Shown here: piece by piece, positions 9,123 through 21,138 of the stretch
Position numbering within the stretch: the first letter of the stretch is position 1
Layout: every line of letters begins with the position of its first letter
Assembly (NCBI GenBank): GCA_963837825.1
Contig: CAWIOR010000015.1
Span: 710,235-774,234, forward strand
Length of the DNA: 64,000 bases
DNA from: an uncultured Chloroflexia bacterium
GTDB lineage: Bacteria > Chloroflexota > Limnocylindria > Limnocylindrales > CSP1-4
Direction of reading: 5' to 3'
Notes under the pieces: model-generated
Seen by the model: the letters and a program-made list of their open reading frames with translations, nothing else
What the model was told of the DNA's origin: nothing
Databases searched by the model: none
Translations under genes and position numbers: made by a program

Positions 9123-9302
9123 CGCCGCCACGTCGCCCGGTCGGAGCGTGCCGACGTCGCCGTGGGCCGGCCGATCCTGCCGACCGCCGGCTCCCGAGCC
9201 CGCGTCGATCGGCAGCCGGTCGGCCATCGGCCAGGCCGCGTTCGAGTCGATCGACGGCGTCGCGGAGCGACCCGACCGACCACGCCCTGAGGCGACCCGG
9301 GG

Positions 9303-10328
9303 GTGCGCGTCCTGGTCACGGGCGGAGCCGGCTACATCGGGTCGGAGACCGTCCGGCTGCTGGCCGCCCGGGGTCACGAGCCGGTCGTGCTCGACACGCT
9401 CGAGCGCGGCCATCGGGCCGCGCGTCGAGGCCGCGCCGCTCGTCGTCGGCTCGGTCGCCGACGGCGGCCTGGTCGAGGCGACGATCCGCGAGCACGGCGA
9501 TCGAGGCGCGTGATCCACTTCGCCGCCCTGAAGTCGGTCGAGGCGTCGTTCAGCGACCCGGCGGGCTACTTCGCGACGAACGTCGGCGGCTCGTTCGCCC
9601 TGCTCGGGGCGATGGCCCGGAGCGGGGTCCGACGGCTCGTCTACTCGTCGTCGTGCGCGGTCTACGGCACGCCGTCCGACCTGCCGGTCCGCGAGACGAG
9701 CGAGCTCCGCCCGGAGAACCCGTACGGCGAGACCAAGCTCCTCGTCGAGCGAGCCCTGCGCCTGGTTCGCCGGCGCCGGGTTCAGCGCGATCAGCCTGCG
9801 CTACTTCAACGCCGCCGGGGCCGCCTTCGACGGGCGCCACGGCGAGGACTGGACCGATGCCCCGAACCTCGTCCCGGTCGTCATCAAGGCGGCCCTCGGT
9901 CTCGGGCCGCCGGTCCGGATCCTCGGCTCCGACTATCCGACGCCCGACGGGACCGCGATCCGCGACTACATCCACGTGGCCGACCTGGCCGACGCCCACG
10001 TCGCTCGCCGTCGAGGCGCTGGCCGACGGCCTCGCGGGCACGGTCCTCAACCTCGGGACCGGGGTCGGCTCGTCGGTCCGCGAGGTGATCGATGCGGTCG
10101 GCCCGGATCGCGGGCGGACCGTGCCGACGATCGAGGCGCCGCGACGGGCCGGCGACCCGGCGGCGATCTGGGCGGACGCGTCGCCTCGCCGAGGCGGTCC
10201 TCGGCTGGCGGGCGAGCCACGGCCTCGACGCGATCGTCGAGACCGCCTGGCGCTGGCACTCGACCCACCCCGACGGCTACGGCCCGGAGTCGGCCGAGAC
10301 GCCGGTCGCCGTCGCGGAGCGGCGATGA
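9303..10328 (+). CDS. galE: UDP-glucose 4-epimerase (at least 5 frame changes)
   Basis: MRVLVTGGAGYIGSETVRLL; VIHFAALKSVEAS...VYSSSCAVYG...PENPYGETKL (YxxxK); SLRYFNAAGA...DYPTPDGTAIRDYIHVADLADAH; LNLGTGVGSSVREVI; final piece ORF 10092..10328. The stop overlaps the next ATG (ATGA). Confidence 0.75.
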
Positions 10329-11674
10329 GCGCCCTCGCCGTGGCGACCGGCCCGAGCCGCCCGTGGTCGGACGATCCGGCTACCGGCGGGCGACCGGCGC
10401 GCGACGCCGCCGCGCTCCGGGTCGCCTACGTCATGTCCCGGTTCCCGAAGCTGACCGAGACGTTCGTCCTGTTCGAGATGGCCGCCGTCGAGCGGCAGGG
10501 CGTCGAGATCCGGCTGTTCCCGCTGCTCCGCCAGCGCGAGGCGACGATGCACCCGGAGGCGGCGCCGTACGTCGCCCGGGCGACCTACCTGCCGTTCGTC
10601 TCGGGCGCCGATCCTGGCCAGCCAGTGGCACTTCCTCCGGCGGTCGCCGCGACGCTATCTCGGCACGCTCGGGGCGATGCTCGGCGGAACCTGGCGGAGC
10701 CCGAACTTCCTGCTCGGCGGGATCGGGATCTTCCCCAAGGTCGTCCACGCCGCGCGGCTGATGGAGCGCGACGGGGTCGAGCCACGTCCACTGCCACTTC
10801 GCCACCCATCCGGCCCTCGCCGGCTGGCATCATCCACCGCCTGGTCGGGATCCCGTACTCGTTCACGGCCCACGGCTCCGACCTCCACGTCGATCGGACG
10901 ATGCTCTGCCAGAAGGTCGCCGAGGCCGCGTTCACGGTCACGATCTCGGACGACAACCGGGCGGTCTTCGAGCGCGAGTGCGGCGGCCCGATCGGCACCC
11001 TCGAGGTGATCCACTGCGGGGTCGACACCGAGCGTCTTCCACCCGATCCCGCGGCGTCGCGGACGCCGCGGCTCCGCTGGCGATCCTGTCGATCGGCACG
11101 CTCCACGAGGTCAAGGGCCAGACCCATCTCGTCGAGGCCTGCCGCCGCCTGGCCGCCGAGGGCGTCCCGTTCCGCTGCCGGTTCGTCGGGGAGGGGCCGG
11201 ACCGGCCGGCGCTCGAGCGCCAGGTCGCCGCCGCGGGCCTGACCGACCGGGTCGAGTTCCTCGGCCGCCGGACCCGCGACGAGGTCGCCGCGCCTGATCG
11301 GCTCGAGCGACGTGCTCGTCGCGCCGAGCGTCCCGACCAGGGGCGGCAAGCGCGAGGGCATCCCGGTCGTGCTGATGGAGGCGATGAGCGCCGGGCTGCC
11401 GGTCGTCGCCAGCGCCCTGTCGGGGATCCCCGAGCTCGTCGTCGACGGCTCGTCCGGGCTGACCGTCCCGCCCGGCGACGCGGCCGCGATCGCCGCGGCG
11501 CTGCGCCGCCTCCACGACGATCCGGAGCTGCGGGTCCGCCTCGGCGTCGCCGCTCGCGAGCGGGTCCTGGCCGAGTTCGACGTGGACCGCAACGCGGCCC
11601 GGCTGGTCGAGCGGTTCGCGGCCGTCGCCGCGCAGGCGACCCGTCCGGGCCGCTGGCCGAGGCGAGCCCGATGA
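10325..11674 (+). CDS. Glycosyltransferase family 4 (WcaL-like), several frameshifts
   Basis: RVAYVMSRFPKLTETFVLFEM, HCHFATHPA, IPYSFTAHGSDLH, SIGTLHEVKGQTHLVEA, GKREGIPVVLMEAMSAGLPVVAS (E-x7-E), ORF 11312..11674 tail. Confidence 0.7.
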
Positions 11675-12928
11675 CCCGGCTCGCGTTCTGGCTGGCGCTC
11701 GGCGACGATCGCCTACACCTACGTCGGGTTCCCGCTGCTCGTGCTCGCCCGGGCGTCGCTCCGGCGGCGACCGGTGCGGTCCGCGCCGATCGAGCCGAGC
11801 GTCAGCGTCGTGATGGCGGCCAGGAACGAGGCGGCGGCGATCGCCGCCCGTCTGGACAACCTGCTCGCGCTCGACTACCCGGCCGACCGGCTCGAGACGA
11901 TCGTCGCCTCGGACGGATCGGACGACGCGACCGTGGAGATCGCCGCGGGCTACGCCGATCGCGGCGTCCGCGTGCTCGGCGCTCGATCGGGTCGGCAAGG
12001 CCGACGCGCTCAACGCCGCCGTCGCGCGCGGCCGACAGGCGAGATCGTCGTGTTCACCGACGCCAACTCGATGTTCGAGCCCGGGGCGCTTCGCGCGCTC
12101 GTGGCCCCGTTCGCCGATCCCGAGGTCGGTGGCGTGGCCGGCGACCAGCGCTACCTGCCGGCCGGCGGAGCCGACCCGGATGCCGCGCGGCGAACGGAGC
12201 TACTGGGACCTCGACCGGCGGGTCAAGCTGGCCGAGAGCGCAGCCGGGCAGCACGGTCTCGGCGACCGGCGCGATCTACGCCATCCGGCGCGAGCTGTTC
12301 GAGCCGGTCCGACCGGCGTGACCGACGACTTCATCACCTCGACGGCAGTCATCGCCCGCGGGCCGGCGGCTCGTGTTCGCGCCCGACGCCGTCGCCTGGG
12401 AGCCGGTCGCCGGGTCGAACCGGCTCGAGTACGGCCGGAAGGTCCGGATCATGACCCGCGGGCTGCGCGGCGTCGCCGCCACGACGGGCGCTCCTCGACC
12501 CGCGCCGGACCGGCTTCTACGCGGTCCAGCTCGCCTCGCACAAGATCCTCCGCCGGGTGATGGCGGTGCCGCTCCTGATCGTCGCCGCGCGGCGCGCCGC
12601 TGCTCTGGCCGCAGGGCGCGCTCTACCAGCTGACGACGCTCGGCGCGGCCGCGGCTGGCCGGCGCTCGGGGCCATCGGCCTGGCAGCGCCGCGGTCACGG
12701 CTCGGCCGCCAGCGGCCGGTCGGCCTGGCCGCGTTCTTCGTCCTCGTCAACGTGGCCTCGCTCCAGGCGATCTGCAACCTGCTGACCGGGCGGCGGATCG
12801 ACCGCTGGGAGCCGCGCCGCGACCGTGCGACGGCGACACGGACGGCTGCGGCCGGCGCGCCGCCGAAGCGGCGCCGGACGATCCCGGCCGCCGGTCCCGA
12901 GCCGATCGAGATCGGAGCCGGCCGATGA
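11671..12928 (+). CDS. Glycosyltransferase family 2 (membrane-bound, GT-A), several frameshifts
   Basis: VSVVMAARNEAAAIAARLDNLLALDYP, IVASDGSDD, VVFTDANSMFEP, VAGDQRY, ATGAIYAIRRELF, RKVRIMTRG, then C-terminal TM segments. ATGA overlaps at both ends. Confidence 0.7.
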
Positions 12929-14471
12929 GCGAGCGCAGCGTGATCGTCGGGCCGCCGACCGCCGGCCGTCGCGCCCGAGGCGCCAGGTCGACCCGCGCTT
13001 CCGGTGGCCGCCGGTCATCGTCACCGTCCTCGCGATCGTGGCTGCGCGGCCATCGGCGCGATCGGCGGCGGACCGCCCGGAGATCGCCATCGCCGGCCTC
13101 GTCGCCCTGCTCCTCGGGCTGGCCGCGCTGATCCGACCCGAGGTGGCGACCCTCGTCGTCATCTTCCTGCTCTACAGCAACGCCGCCGTCATCGCCGTGA
13201 CCCGGTTCGGGGCGCCGCGTCTTCGTCGGCGCGATCGTGCCGATGATCCTCGTCGTCCCGCTCGGCTACGAGCTGCTGATCAGGCGCCGGACCGATCATC
13301 ATCACCCCGGCCTTCCCGTGGATCGCGCTGTTCCTCCTCGTCCAGATCGTCGGCACGCTGTTCGCCCGCGACATGATCGCGGCCACCGACGAGCTGGTGA
13401 CGTTCCTGCTCGAGGGGATCGGGCTCTACCTCCTCGTGGTCAACGTCGTCCGGACCCCGTCGGCGATGCGCAACGCGGTCTGGACCCTGCTCGCCGTCGG
13501 GGCCTTCCTCGGCGGCCTGTCGGTGTTCCAGGCGGTCACCGGGACGTACTCGAACGACTACTTCGGGTTCGCCCAGTCCGACGCCACCAACGATCTCGGG
13601 GTCGCGGTCCAGGGCCTGACCCGCCTGGCCGGCCCGATCGGCGAGAAGAACCGCTACGCCCAGATCATGCTGATGCTCGTGCCGCTCGCCCTGTTCCAGG
13701 GCTGGAGCGAGCGACGGCGCATCCTGAAGCTGGCGGCGTTCCGGTCGCGATCCTGGTCTCGGGCGCCGTGATCCTGACGCTTCTCGCGCGGCGCGGCAGT
13801 CGGTTTCGCCCTCGTCATCGTGATCATGACTGCTCCTGCGCTACATCAAGCCGATCCAGCTGTTCGCCGTCCTCGTGCTGGCCGGCTCGCTGCTGATCGC
13901 CGTGCCCCAGTACGCCGATCGGTTGACCACGCTCGGCGCGATCGTCGACGCCGTGACCGGCGGCGACGCCTCGAACACCGCCGACAACTCGATCCTCAGC
14001 CGGGCGACCGAGAACCTCGCCGCGCTGAGCGTCTTTGCCGACCACCCGATCATCGGCGTCGGACCGGGCCAGTTCAGCTCGTACTACCGGCAGTACGCGG
14101 ACGACATCGCGATCAGCGTCAGGACCACCGATCGGCAGGCCCACAACCTCTACCTGGCGACCGCGGCCGACACCGGGATCCTCGGGCTCGTCTGCTTCCT
14201 GATGGTCCTGTTCACGACGCTCTGGGAGCTGGCCAAGGCGCGCCGCAAGTGGCTCGGCAGACGGACCGACCTGGCGAACATGGCGACCGCCTTCAGCCTG
14301 TCGGTCGTGACCTACATGGCGACCGGCATCTTCCTCCACCTGTCCTACGCCCGCTACTTCTGGCTGATCATGGCCCTCGCCGGCGGCGGCCGCCGATCGC
14401 CCTGCGCGAGCCGGACCCCGAGGATCGGCCGAGCCCGAGACCGCACCGGCAGGACGTCCGTAGCCGGGTGA
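12925..14471 (+). CDS. O-antigen ligase / Wzy-type polymerase-like polytopic membrane protein, several frameshifts
   Basis: Many TM segments across three frames (LVALLLGLAALIRPEVATLVVIFLLYSN, FLLEGIGLYLLVVNVV, WTLLAVGAFLGGLSVF, AQIMLMLVPLALF). Periplasmic-loop motif GVGPGQF...AHNLYL typical of Wzy_C/O-antigen ligase proteins. Confidence 0.6.
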
Positions 14472-14475
14472 GCGC

Positions 14476-15537
14476 ATGAGTCCTGGCCGCGTCCTGCGCC
14501 ACGGGCCGGGCCGGACCGCCTCCGGCTGGCGGTCGCCGCGCTCGGGATCGTCGTCGCTCGTCGCCGGCGTCGCCTGGCTCGCTGGTCGGTCAGCCGGGTC
14601 CCGGACACGGGTCCGCCCGGAGACGGATGGCCCGATCCCGTCGCCGGTCGCGCGGCACTGCCCCGCGTTCCGGCCACGTCTACGTCGTGGTGCTCGAGAA
14701 CCACTCGTATCGGCGACGTCGTCGGCGACCCGGCCGCGCCGTACCTCAACAGCCTGATCGCGCGGGGCGGTCTCGCGACCGCAGTGGTTCGGGATCGCCA
14801 GGCCGTCCCAGCCGAACTACCTGGCGCTGTTCGCCGGGGAGACGCTCAACGTCCAGGACAACCTCCACCACGACTTCCAGGAGCGGACGCTCGCCGACCA
14901 GCTCGAGGAGCAGGGCTGACCTGGCGGGTCTTCGCCGAGAACGTCCCGCTCGGGCTGCTACACCGGCGCGACCGCGAAGGACGGCCCGGACGGACCGGGC
15001 ACGTACGCCCGCAAGCACGCGCCGGCGATCTCGTTCCGCCAGATCAGCGGGAACCCGGCCCGCTGCGCCAACATCACCGACTTCAGCCACTTCGCGACCG
15101 GCGCGGCGAACTTCAACCTGATCGTCCCGAACCTGTGCCACGACATGCACGACTGTCCGGTCGCCGCCGGCGACGCCTTCCTGGCCGGGTTCATCCCGCG
15201 GATCATCGACGCGCCCGACTGGGGGCCGAACGACCTGCTCGTGGTCACGTTCGACGAGGGCCACACGGGTGACCAGCCATCGGCACGATCGTCGTCTCGG
15301 ACGCGTGCCCGCCGGGCTTCCGGTCAGTCCGTCCGGCACGACCACTACTCGCTGCTGCGGACGCTCGAGGCCAGCTGGGGCCTCGGCTGCCTCGGGAACG
15401 CCTGCACGGCCAACGACCTCGCCGAGTTCTTCTCGCCGGGCGGGCCCGCGGCCGTCGTCGTCACCGTCCCCGTCCCCCGAGCCCGCCGTTCAGGCGACGG
15501 CCCCGCCGCCCCGGGAATCGAACGGCGCGGCCCGTGA
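14476..15537 (+). CDS. Phosphoesterase-family protein (acid phosphatase / phospholipase C-like), frameshifted
   Basis: HVYVVVLENHSY, SQPNYLALFAG, RKHAPAISF, NFNLIVPNLCHDMHD, LLVVTFDEG, HYSLLRTLEASWGL spread over three frames. N-terminal signal-like segment. Confidence 0.55.
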
Positions 15538-15574
15538 CCCGAGGGGGTGGGCCGCGCCGTAGGACGCTCTGAGG

Positions 15575-18401
15575 TCAGTAGGCGAGGAGGAAGGCGTCGA
15601 CGTCGACCCGCGGCCGGCCGCGGGTCCCGGCCACGACCACCTTGATCGTGTGGAGACCGGGTGTCGAGAAGGTCTTGTTGAAGACGATCCGCCGCGGCAG
15701 CAGCCGGGCCGCCCGAAGGTCGATCCGGGCCGAGGACACGAGCGAGCCGTCGATGGAGACGTTGGCCACACCGCGGCCCGGTCCGGCCGCCAGACCCAGG
15801 AGAACGAGCGGCCGGTGGCCGTGAACGTCGCCCAGGCACCATTCGTCCGGGAGTACTTGAGCGAGCGCCCCGAGGCGGTCGGGGTGACGGAGCGCCAGCT
15901 GCCGTGGAAGGCAACCCTGGCCGTGGCCGTCTGCTGGTAGCGCGCAACATTGAAGGCGGTCCCGACCGTGTAGCCGGCGTGGCCGAGCTTGTCGACCGCG
16001 TAGACGCGGAACTTGTAGCTCCTGCCGACCGTGGCGGTCAGGGCCGCCGAGCGGCTGAGGGCGTCCTGAGCGGGACGTTGACCCAGGTGGCGCCGTTGTT
16101 GGTCGACTTCGCGAGCCGGTAGCGGCGGATCCCGCTGGGGTCGCTCCCGGCCCACGAGACGGTCATCGGGATGGTCGTGCCGATCGCCGTCCTGACCTTG
16201 AACGACTGGTTCGGGCCGGTGACGGTGGGCGGCGACGCATCGGTCACGTGGACGTAGGCGGGACCTGTCAGGGTGCTACCCGCCGGCGTTGCCCGCGGTC
16301 AGCTTGACCGTGAAGTTGCCGGGCAGGGTGTAGACATGGGCCGGGTTTCGAGGGCCGAGGTCCCGCCGTCGCACGAAGTCCCAGGCCCAGGACGTCGGCA
16401 CGCCGGGTCCCGCCAGGTCGAAGCATCGGTGAACGTCACGCTGAGCGGCGTCCCACCGCCGAGCGGGGTGCCCGTGAAGTCGGCCGTCGGGATGGTCGTC
16501 GACGGGTCGGGGCGACTGATCGTCGTCCCGGCGCGGTCGAGGCTGGAGCCGCTGCCGTTGGTGGCGGTCAGCTTGACGATGAAGCTACCGGGCGCCGGCG
16601 TAGGTGTGGCTCGGGTTCTGGACGGTCGAGGCTGGCTCCGTCACCGAAGTCCCAGGACCAGCTGGTCGGGCCACCGGTCGACGTGTCGGTGAAGTTCACG
16701 CCCAGTGGCGCCGTCCCTGAGGTCGTGGATGCTGTGAAGTCGCGGTCGGGGCCGGGAGGACGGTGACGTAGTCGGTCTTGACCTCGGGGTCGCTACCCAG
16801 GATGTTCGTGACGGTCAGGCTGACCGTATAGCTCCCGGCGGTGCTGTAGATATGGCTCGGGCTCGGGAGCGCCGAGGTGTTGTTCGCCCCGGAGGCCGGT
16901 CGCCGAAGTTCCACGCCCAGGTCGCCGGCGTGCCGGTCGAGGCGTCGGCGAACGCGACCGTCAGCGGCCTGTGCCGGAGAGACGGGGTCGCGCTGAAGGC
17001 GGCGACCGGGACGGCCGGGCAGACCGATCCGGCGCAGCCATGGAGGTAGCGCCGGATGATGGGGGTCTCGGTCCGGTCCGACGCGAGGACGAGGATCCCC
17101 GAGGCGACAGTGGCCGCCTGCTTGCTCGACGTGGCGTCGCTGATCGCGGGATCGGCCGAGCTCTGATGAACGCTGTCCCGCGGATGGAGCGCCGAAGTCG
17201 AGCGTGCTGAGCGAGGCGGTCCGCCGGGTGATGAACCCGCCGTCGACCTGGCTGGTCATGAACACGTTGGCTTCGTTGTGCTCCTCGTCGATGACGAGGA
17301 TCGGCCGGGTCGCCGATCCGGGCTCCCGGTCGCGTCGTCGACGGTCTTCATGGCCTGCCACGTTCGGCCGGTCGTCCGGCGGAGGACGCCGATCAACGGC
17401 TCGGTGGTCGTGCCCTTCGTCTTGACGGCCGCGAGAACCTGACCGGTGGAGTCGGCCTTCACGCTCATATGGCCGTCGGCCTGCGGCCGACCCGCTGTAG
17501 GCCGTTTCACGCGCCTGCCAGGTCCCGTCCGGGCTGGCGTCGAGGTGCGCCTGGAAGTAGAACGCCTCGTCGCCGACGGTCTGGTTGCTCCAGAACACGC
17601 CGACACCGTTGTTGATCGTGACGATCGCCGCGAGGTCGCTGTGCGTGATCCCGCTGACACCGCCGGCCAGCTCCTGGGGCGCGGTCCAAGATTGACGCCC
17701 GTCGCATTGACCGACGAGACGACCCGGACGTGCGAGGTCGTCGCAGGCGACGGGTCGTCCTGGGTGTAGGCCACCCAGATCCGCGCCGTTCGGGCGCCTT
17801 GGCGATCGTGGCGGCGTCGGTGCCACCCTGGGCCACGACCTTGAACGATGTTCGTGGGGTTGCCGGTATCGAGGTCGACCGGGGCGTACGTGTGGGTGCC
17901 GGCGTTGTAGGTGAACTTGTAGACGCGCAGATCGCCGTTCGGAGGGATGTTCGTGCCCGACTCGTGGGACGACACGATCCACAGGGTGTTGCCGTCAGAG
18001 AGCGCGTCCCCGTGCGACTTGGTTCCGCTTATCAACCTGCGTCGCGGTGCCGCCGGTCGTCCAGGTCTGGGTCGTCATGTTAAGCTCTGGATCCGGTAGC
18101 TCGTGTCCGCCGCTCCGCTCTTGTCGAAGAGGAATCCGAACCAGCGCCCGTCATTGAACCAGACCTTGCTCTGATTGCGACTGACGGTGACATCGTCACC
18201 GCCGGTCGAGAAGTCGGGGCCGGCTTGTATGGAAGTCCTGGTAGCCGGGACCGGGACCGCGGGCGCGGCGGCGACCGGGCCGGCGGCGACCAGGCCGATG
18301 ACAAAGATCGCGATCAACGACGCGACCGAGGCCCGCCGTCCTGACTGCGAGCGGCGGAGGCGGTGAGCGAAGGACGACATCAAGAGTACCCCCTGCGGCA
18401 C
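15575..18401 (-). CDS. Large secreted protein: signal peptide, propeller-like N-domain, three PKD-like repeats, FN3-like region, C-terminal jelly-roll-like module; many frameshifts
   Basis: N-term MSSFAHRLRRSQSGRRASVASLIAIFVIGLVAAGPVAAAPA. Repeats with WDFGDG/WNFGD and SHxYxxxGxYTVxLTxxN (PKD signature). C-terminus NVSIDGSLVSSARIDL...GLHTIKVVVAGT...VDVDAFLLAY, stop 15575. Confidence 0.6.
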
Positions 18402-18469
18402 TGGAAGGGATGAAGCGAGGAGCGCAACTGAGGTGACCGATGGTACCCGACGTGTCGAACGATGGTCCT

Positions 18470-20261
18470 AGTCGAGCATGGAATTCGGTGACGGGCCGCA
18501 CCGCCCGTGAGCCGTGGGTCGAGACCGCCTCGGGTCGCGGGCTTGAGGAGCGCCCCACGGCCAGCGCGCCGAGCCGCTCGGTCAGCCGCAGGTTCTCGCG
18601 GTAGTCGATCGGCACCTCGACGAGCGACGGGCCCGGGGACGTCGAGCGCCCGCATCAGGGTCGGGTAGAGGTCGGCCGCCGAGCGAGCCGGAACCCGGCG
18701 ATCCCGAAGCTCTCGGCGAAGGCGACGAAGTCCGGGTTGCCGAAGTCGACCCCGAACGGCCGCCCGAACTCGTTGCGCTGCTTCCAGTCGATCAGCCCGT
18801 AGCCGTCGTCGCGCCAGACGACGACGGTCACGTTGGCCCCGATCCGCGTCGCCGTCTCGAGCTCCTGGCTGTTCATCAGGAAGCCGCCGTCGCCGCACAG
18901 CGCGACGACCTGCCGCTCGGGGTGGACGAGCTTGGCCGCGATCGCCCCGGGCAGCGAGATGCCCATCGCGGCGAAGCCGTTGGAGATGATCACCGTGTTC
19001 GGCTCGTAGGCCTGGTAGAGCCGGGCGACCCAGACCTTGTGGGCGCCGACGTCGGAGACGACGATGTCCTCCGGCCCGAGCGCCCGGCGCAGGTCGGCGA
19101 TGGCCCGCTGCGGCTTGATCGGGAAGCCGTCGTCGGCCTCGTACGCCTCGAGGTCGCGAGGAGCGCCTGCCGCAGGTCGGCGTTGACGAGGATCTCCTTC
19201 GCTGCGTGGCGCTCGGTCGCGTCGCGCCCGCCGATCCCGAGCGGCAGGACCGCCGCGAGGAGGCGCTGGAGCGTGCCGTCGATGTCGCCGATGAGCTCGA
19301 CCTCCGGCCGGTAGTCGGCGTCGACCTCGGCCGGCTGGGTGTCGATGTGGACGATCCGCTTGGTCCCGTCCGGGTTCCAGCGGGTCGGCGCGTACTCGAC
19401 CAGGTCGTAGCCGACGGAGACGACGAGGTCGGCCCGGTCGAAGCCGGTCAGGACGTGGTCGCGGGCCTGGAGCCCGACCGCCATCAGCGACAGGTGCGAG
19501 CGATCGTCGATCGCGCCCTTGCCCATGAACGTCACCGCGACCGGGACGTGGAGGCCCGCGGGCGAGCGCCCGGAGCGCGGCCGACGCGCGCCGCCGGAGG
19601 ACGCCGTTGCCGGCCAGGACGATCGGCCGGCTCGGACGCCGCGATGAGCCGCGCGGCATGGGCGATCGCCTCGTCGGTCGGCTCGGGGAAGTAGGCCCGG
19701 GTCGGCTCGAGCGGGCGGGTCGCGTCGCCCGACTCGGGCGGCATCGCGGCGAGGTTCTCGGGCAGCTCGATGTGGGTCGGGCCGGGCTTCTCCAGGTCGG
19801 CCACCCGGAACGCCTTGCGGACGATCTCGGGGATCGCGTCGATCCGCTCGACCCGGGTGTTCCACTTCGTGACCGGCTCGAACATCCGGACGATGTCGAC
19901 GACCTGGTGGGCCTCCTTGTGGAGCTTGTCCGAGCCCGCCTGGCCGGTGATCGCGACCATCGGCGCGCGGTCCAGGAAGGCGTCGGCGACGCCGGTGACG
20001 AGGTTCGTCGCGCCCGGGCCCGAGGGTCGCCATGCGCGACCGCCGCCCGGCCGGTCAGCCGGCCGTGGACGTCGGCCATGAACGCGGCGCCCTGCTCGTG
20101 GCGGGTCGTGACGTGGCGGATCCGCTCGGAGCGGCTGAGCGCGTCGAGGACGTCCATCGTCTCCTCGCCGGGGACCGAGAAGACGTACTCGCAGCCCTCG
20201 GCCTCGAGGCACTCGACGAGCAGGTCGGCGGCGGTCCGCGCGGCCGCGGGGGGACGGGCAT
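18470..20261 (-). CDS. Acetolactate-synthase-like thiamine-diphosphate enzyme (three-domain, AlsS-like), frameshifted; 3' end uncertain
   Basis: [69 protein letters not shown], ThDP motif ALCGDGGFLMNSQELETA...NVTVVVWRDDGYG. ATG 20261-20259 followed by a C-run (20248-20253) where the frame breaks. Confidence 0.65.
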
Positions 20262-20323
20262 GGCGCGGAGTGTACCCCGGCGGCGTGGCCCGGCGGCCAC
20301 GGCGTGGAAGGATCGCGAGTCGG

Positions 20324-20989
20324 TCAGCCCGGTCGACTCGACAACCGGACCTGCGGACGGAGCCGGCGACGTGCGTCGAGGTGACGGGCGACCCGACCCT
20401 CGAGCGGTGGTCCCACAAAGGCCGGCGCCAGCGCCGGATCCGAGCTCGTCCAGGGTCGCTCGGCAGTGGCCGGCCGAGGGTCCTCGAGGTCGTCGAGGAG
20501 GACTGCGAGGAGGACGAGGGTGATTCCGAGGCCGATCACGAAGACGATGCCCATCGGCAGGGACAGGAGGGCGAGCAGGTAGCCCGCGAACGGGATCGAC
20601 CAGCCGACCCGGCCGACGATCGACGAGGCCGGGGTCGTCGCCGGGTCCGGCGTCGAATCCGCGTCGCCCTTCGTCTCGACGTACGGCTGGCCGTCGCGGC
20701 TCAACAGCCCGACGATCCGATGGGTGAAGAACGATGGACCCGGGTCGGCCCGGATCGTCACGACGTCGCCGATCCTGAGCTGGGCGGCCGAGACCGGTTC
20801 GACGATCACGGCCGCGCCGATCGGGATCGTCGGCTCCATCGAGCGTCCGCCGATGATCAGCGTGTCGCGCCCGGTGAGAGCCACGCCGCGCCCGAGGAAG
20901 AGGCCGATCAGGACGACCAGGACGAGCGTGACGATCGCCGCGTCGGTGACGCGGCGGGCGAGGACGATCGGGCGATTGAGGGTGTCCAT
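20324..20989 (-). CDS. Signal peptidase I, archaeal/ER-type (SipW-like, S26B)
   Basis: Intact 221 aa. N-terminal TM, IIGGRSMEPTIPIGAAVIV (catalytic Ser box), FFTHRIVG (His box), ETKGDA, C-terminal TM LLALLSLPMGIVFVIGLGITLVLLAVLL. Confidence 0.7.
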   Translation of the reverse strand: MDTLNRPIVLARRVTDAAIVTLVLVVLIGLFLGRGVALTGRDTLIIGGRSMEPTIPIGAAVIVEPVSAAQLRIGDVVTIRADPGPSFFTHRIVGLLSRDGQPYVETKGDADSTPDPATTPASSIVGRVGWSIPFAGYLLALLSLPMGIVFVIGLGITLVLLAVLLDDLEDPRPATAERPWTSSDPALAPAFVGPPLEGRVARHLDARRRLRPQVRLSSRPG

Positions 20990-21138
20990 GGCAAGGGTCG
21001 TCCACGGCCGGGCCGCGACAGGTGTATCTCAGTGGCCGGGGGCCACGGTCCGCCATGGACCGGGAGCCCCACCCGGCGCGGTACCTTCGTCTCGGCCGAT
21101 CGGTCGCTCCAGGGGCGGAACCGTGCCGAGCGAGCCGG

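Noticed and set aside
18470-20261. ALS-like ThDP enzyme as the missing phosphonopyruvate decarboxylase for the PepM cassette
   Set aside because: It has the full three-domain, roughly 595-aa acetolactate-synthase architecture with AlsS-type motifs. Ppd and sulfopyruvate-decarboxylase types are about 380 aa and lack the middle domain. It is also 13 kb away, on the opposite strand, in a different transcription unit.
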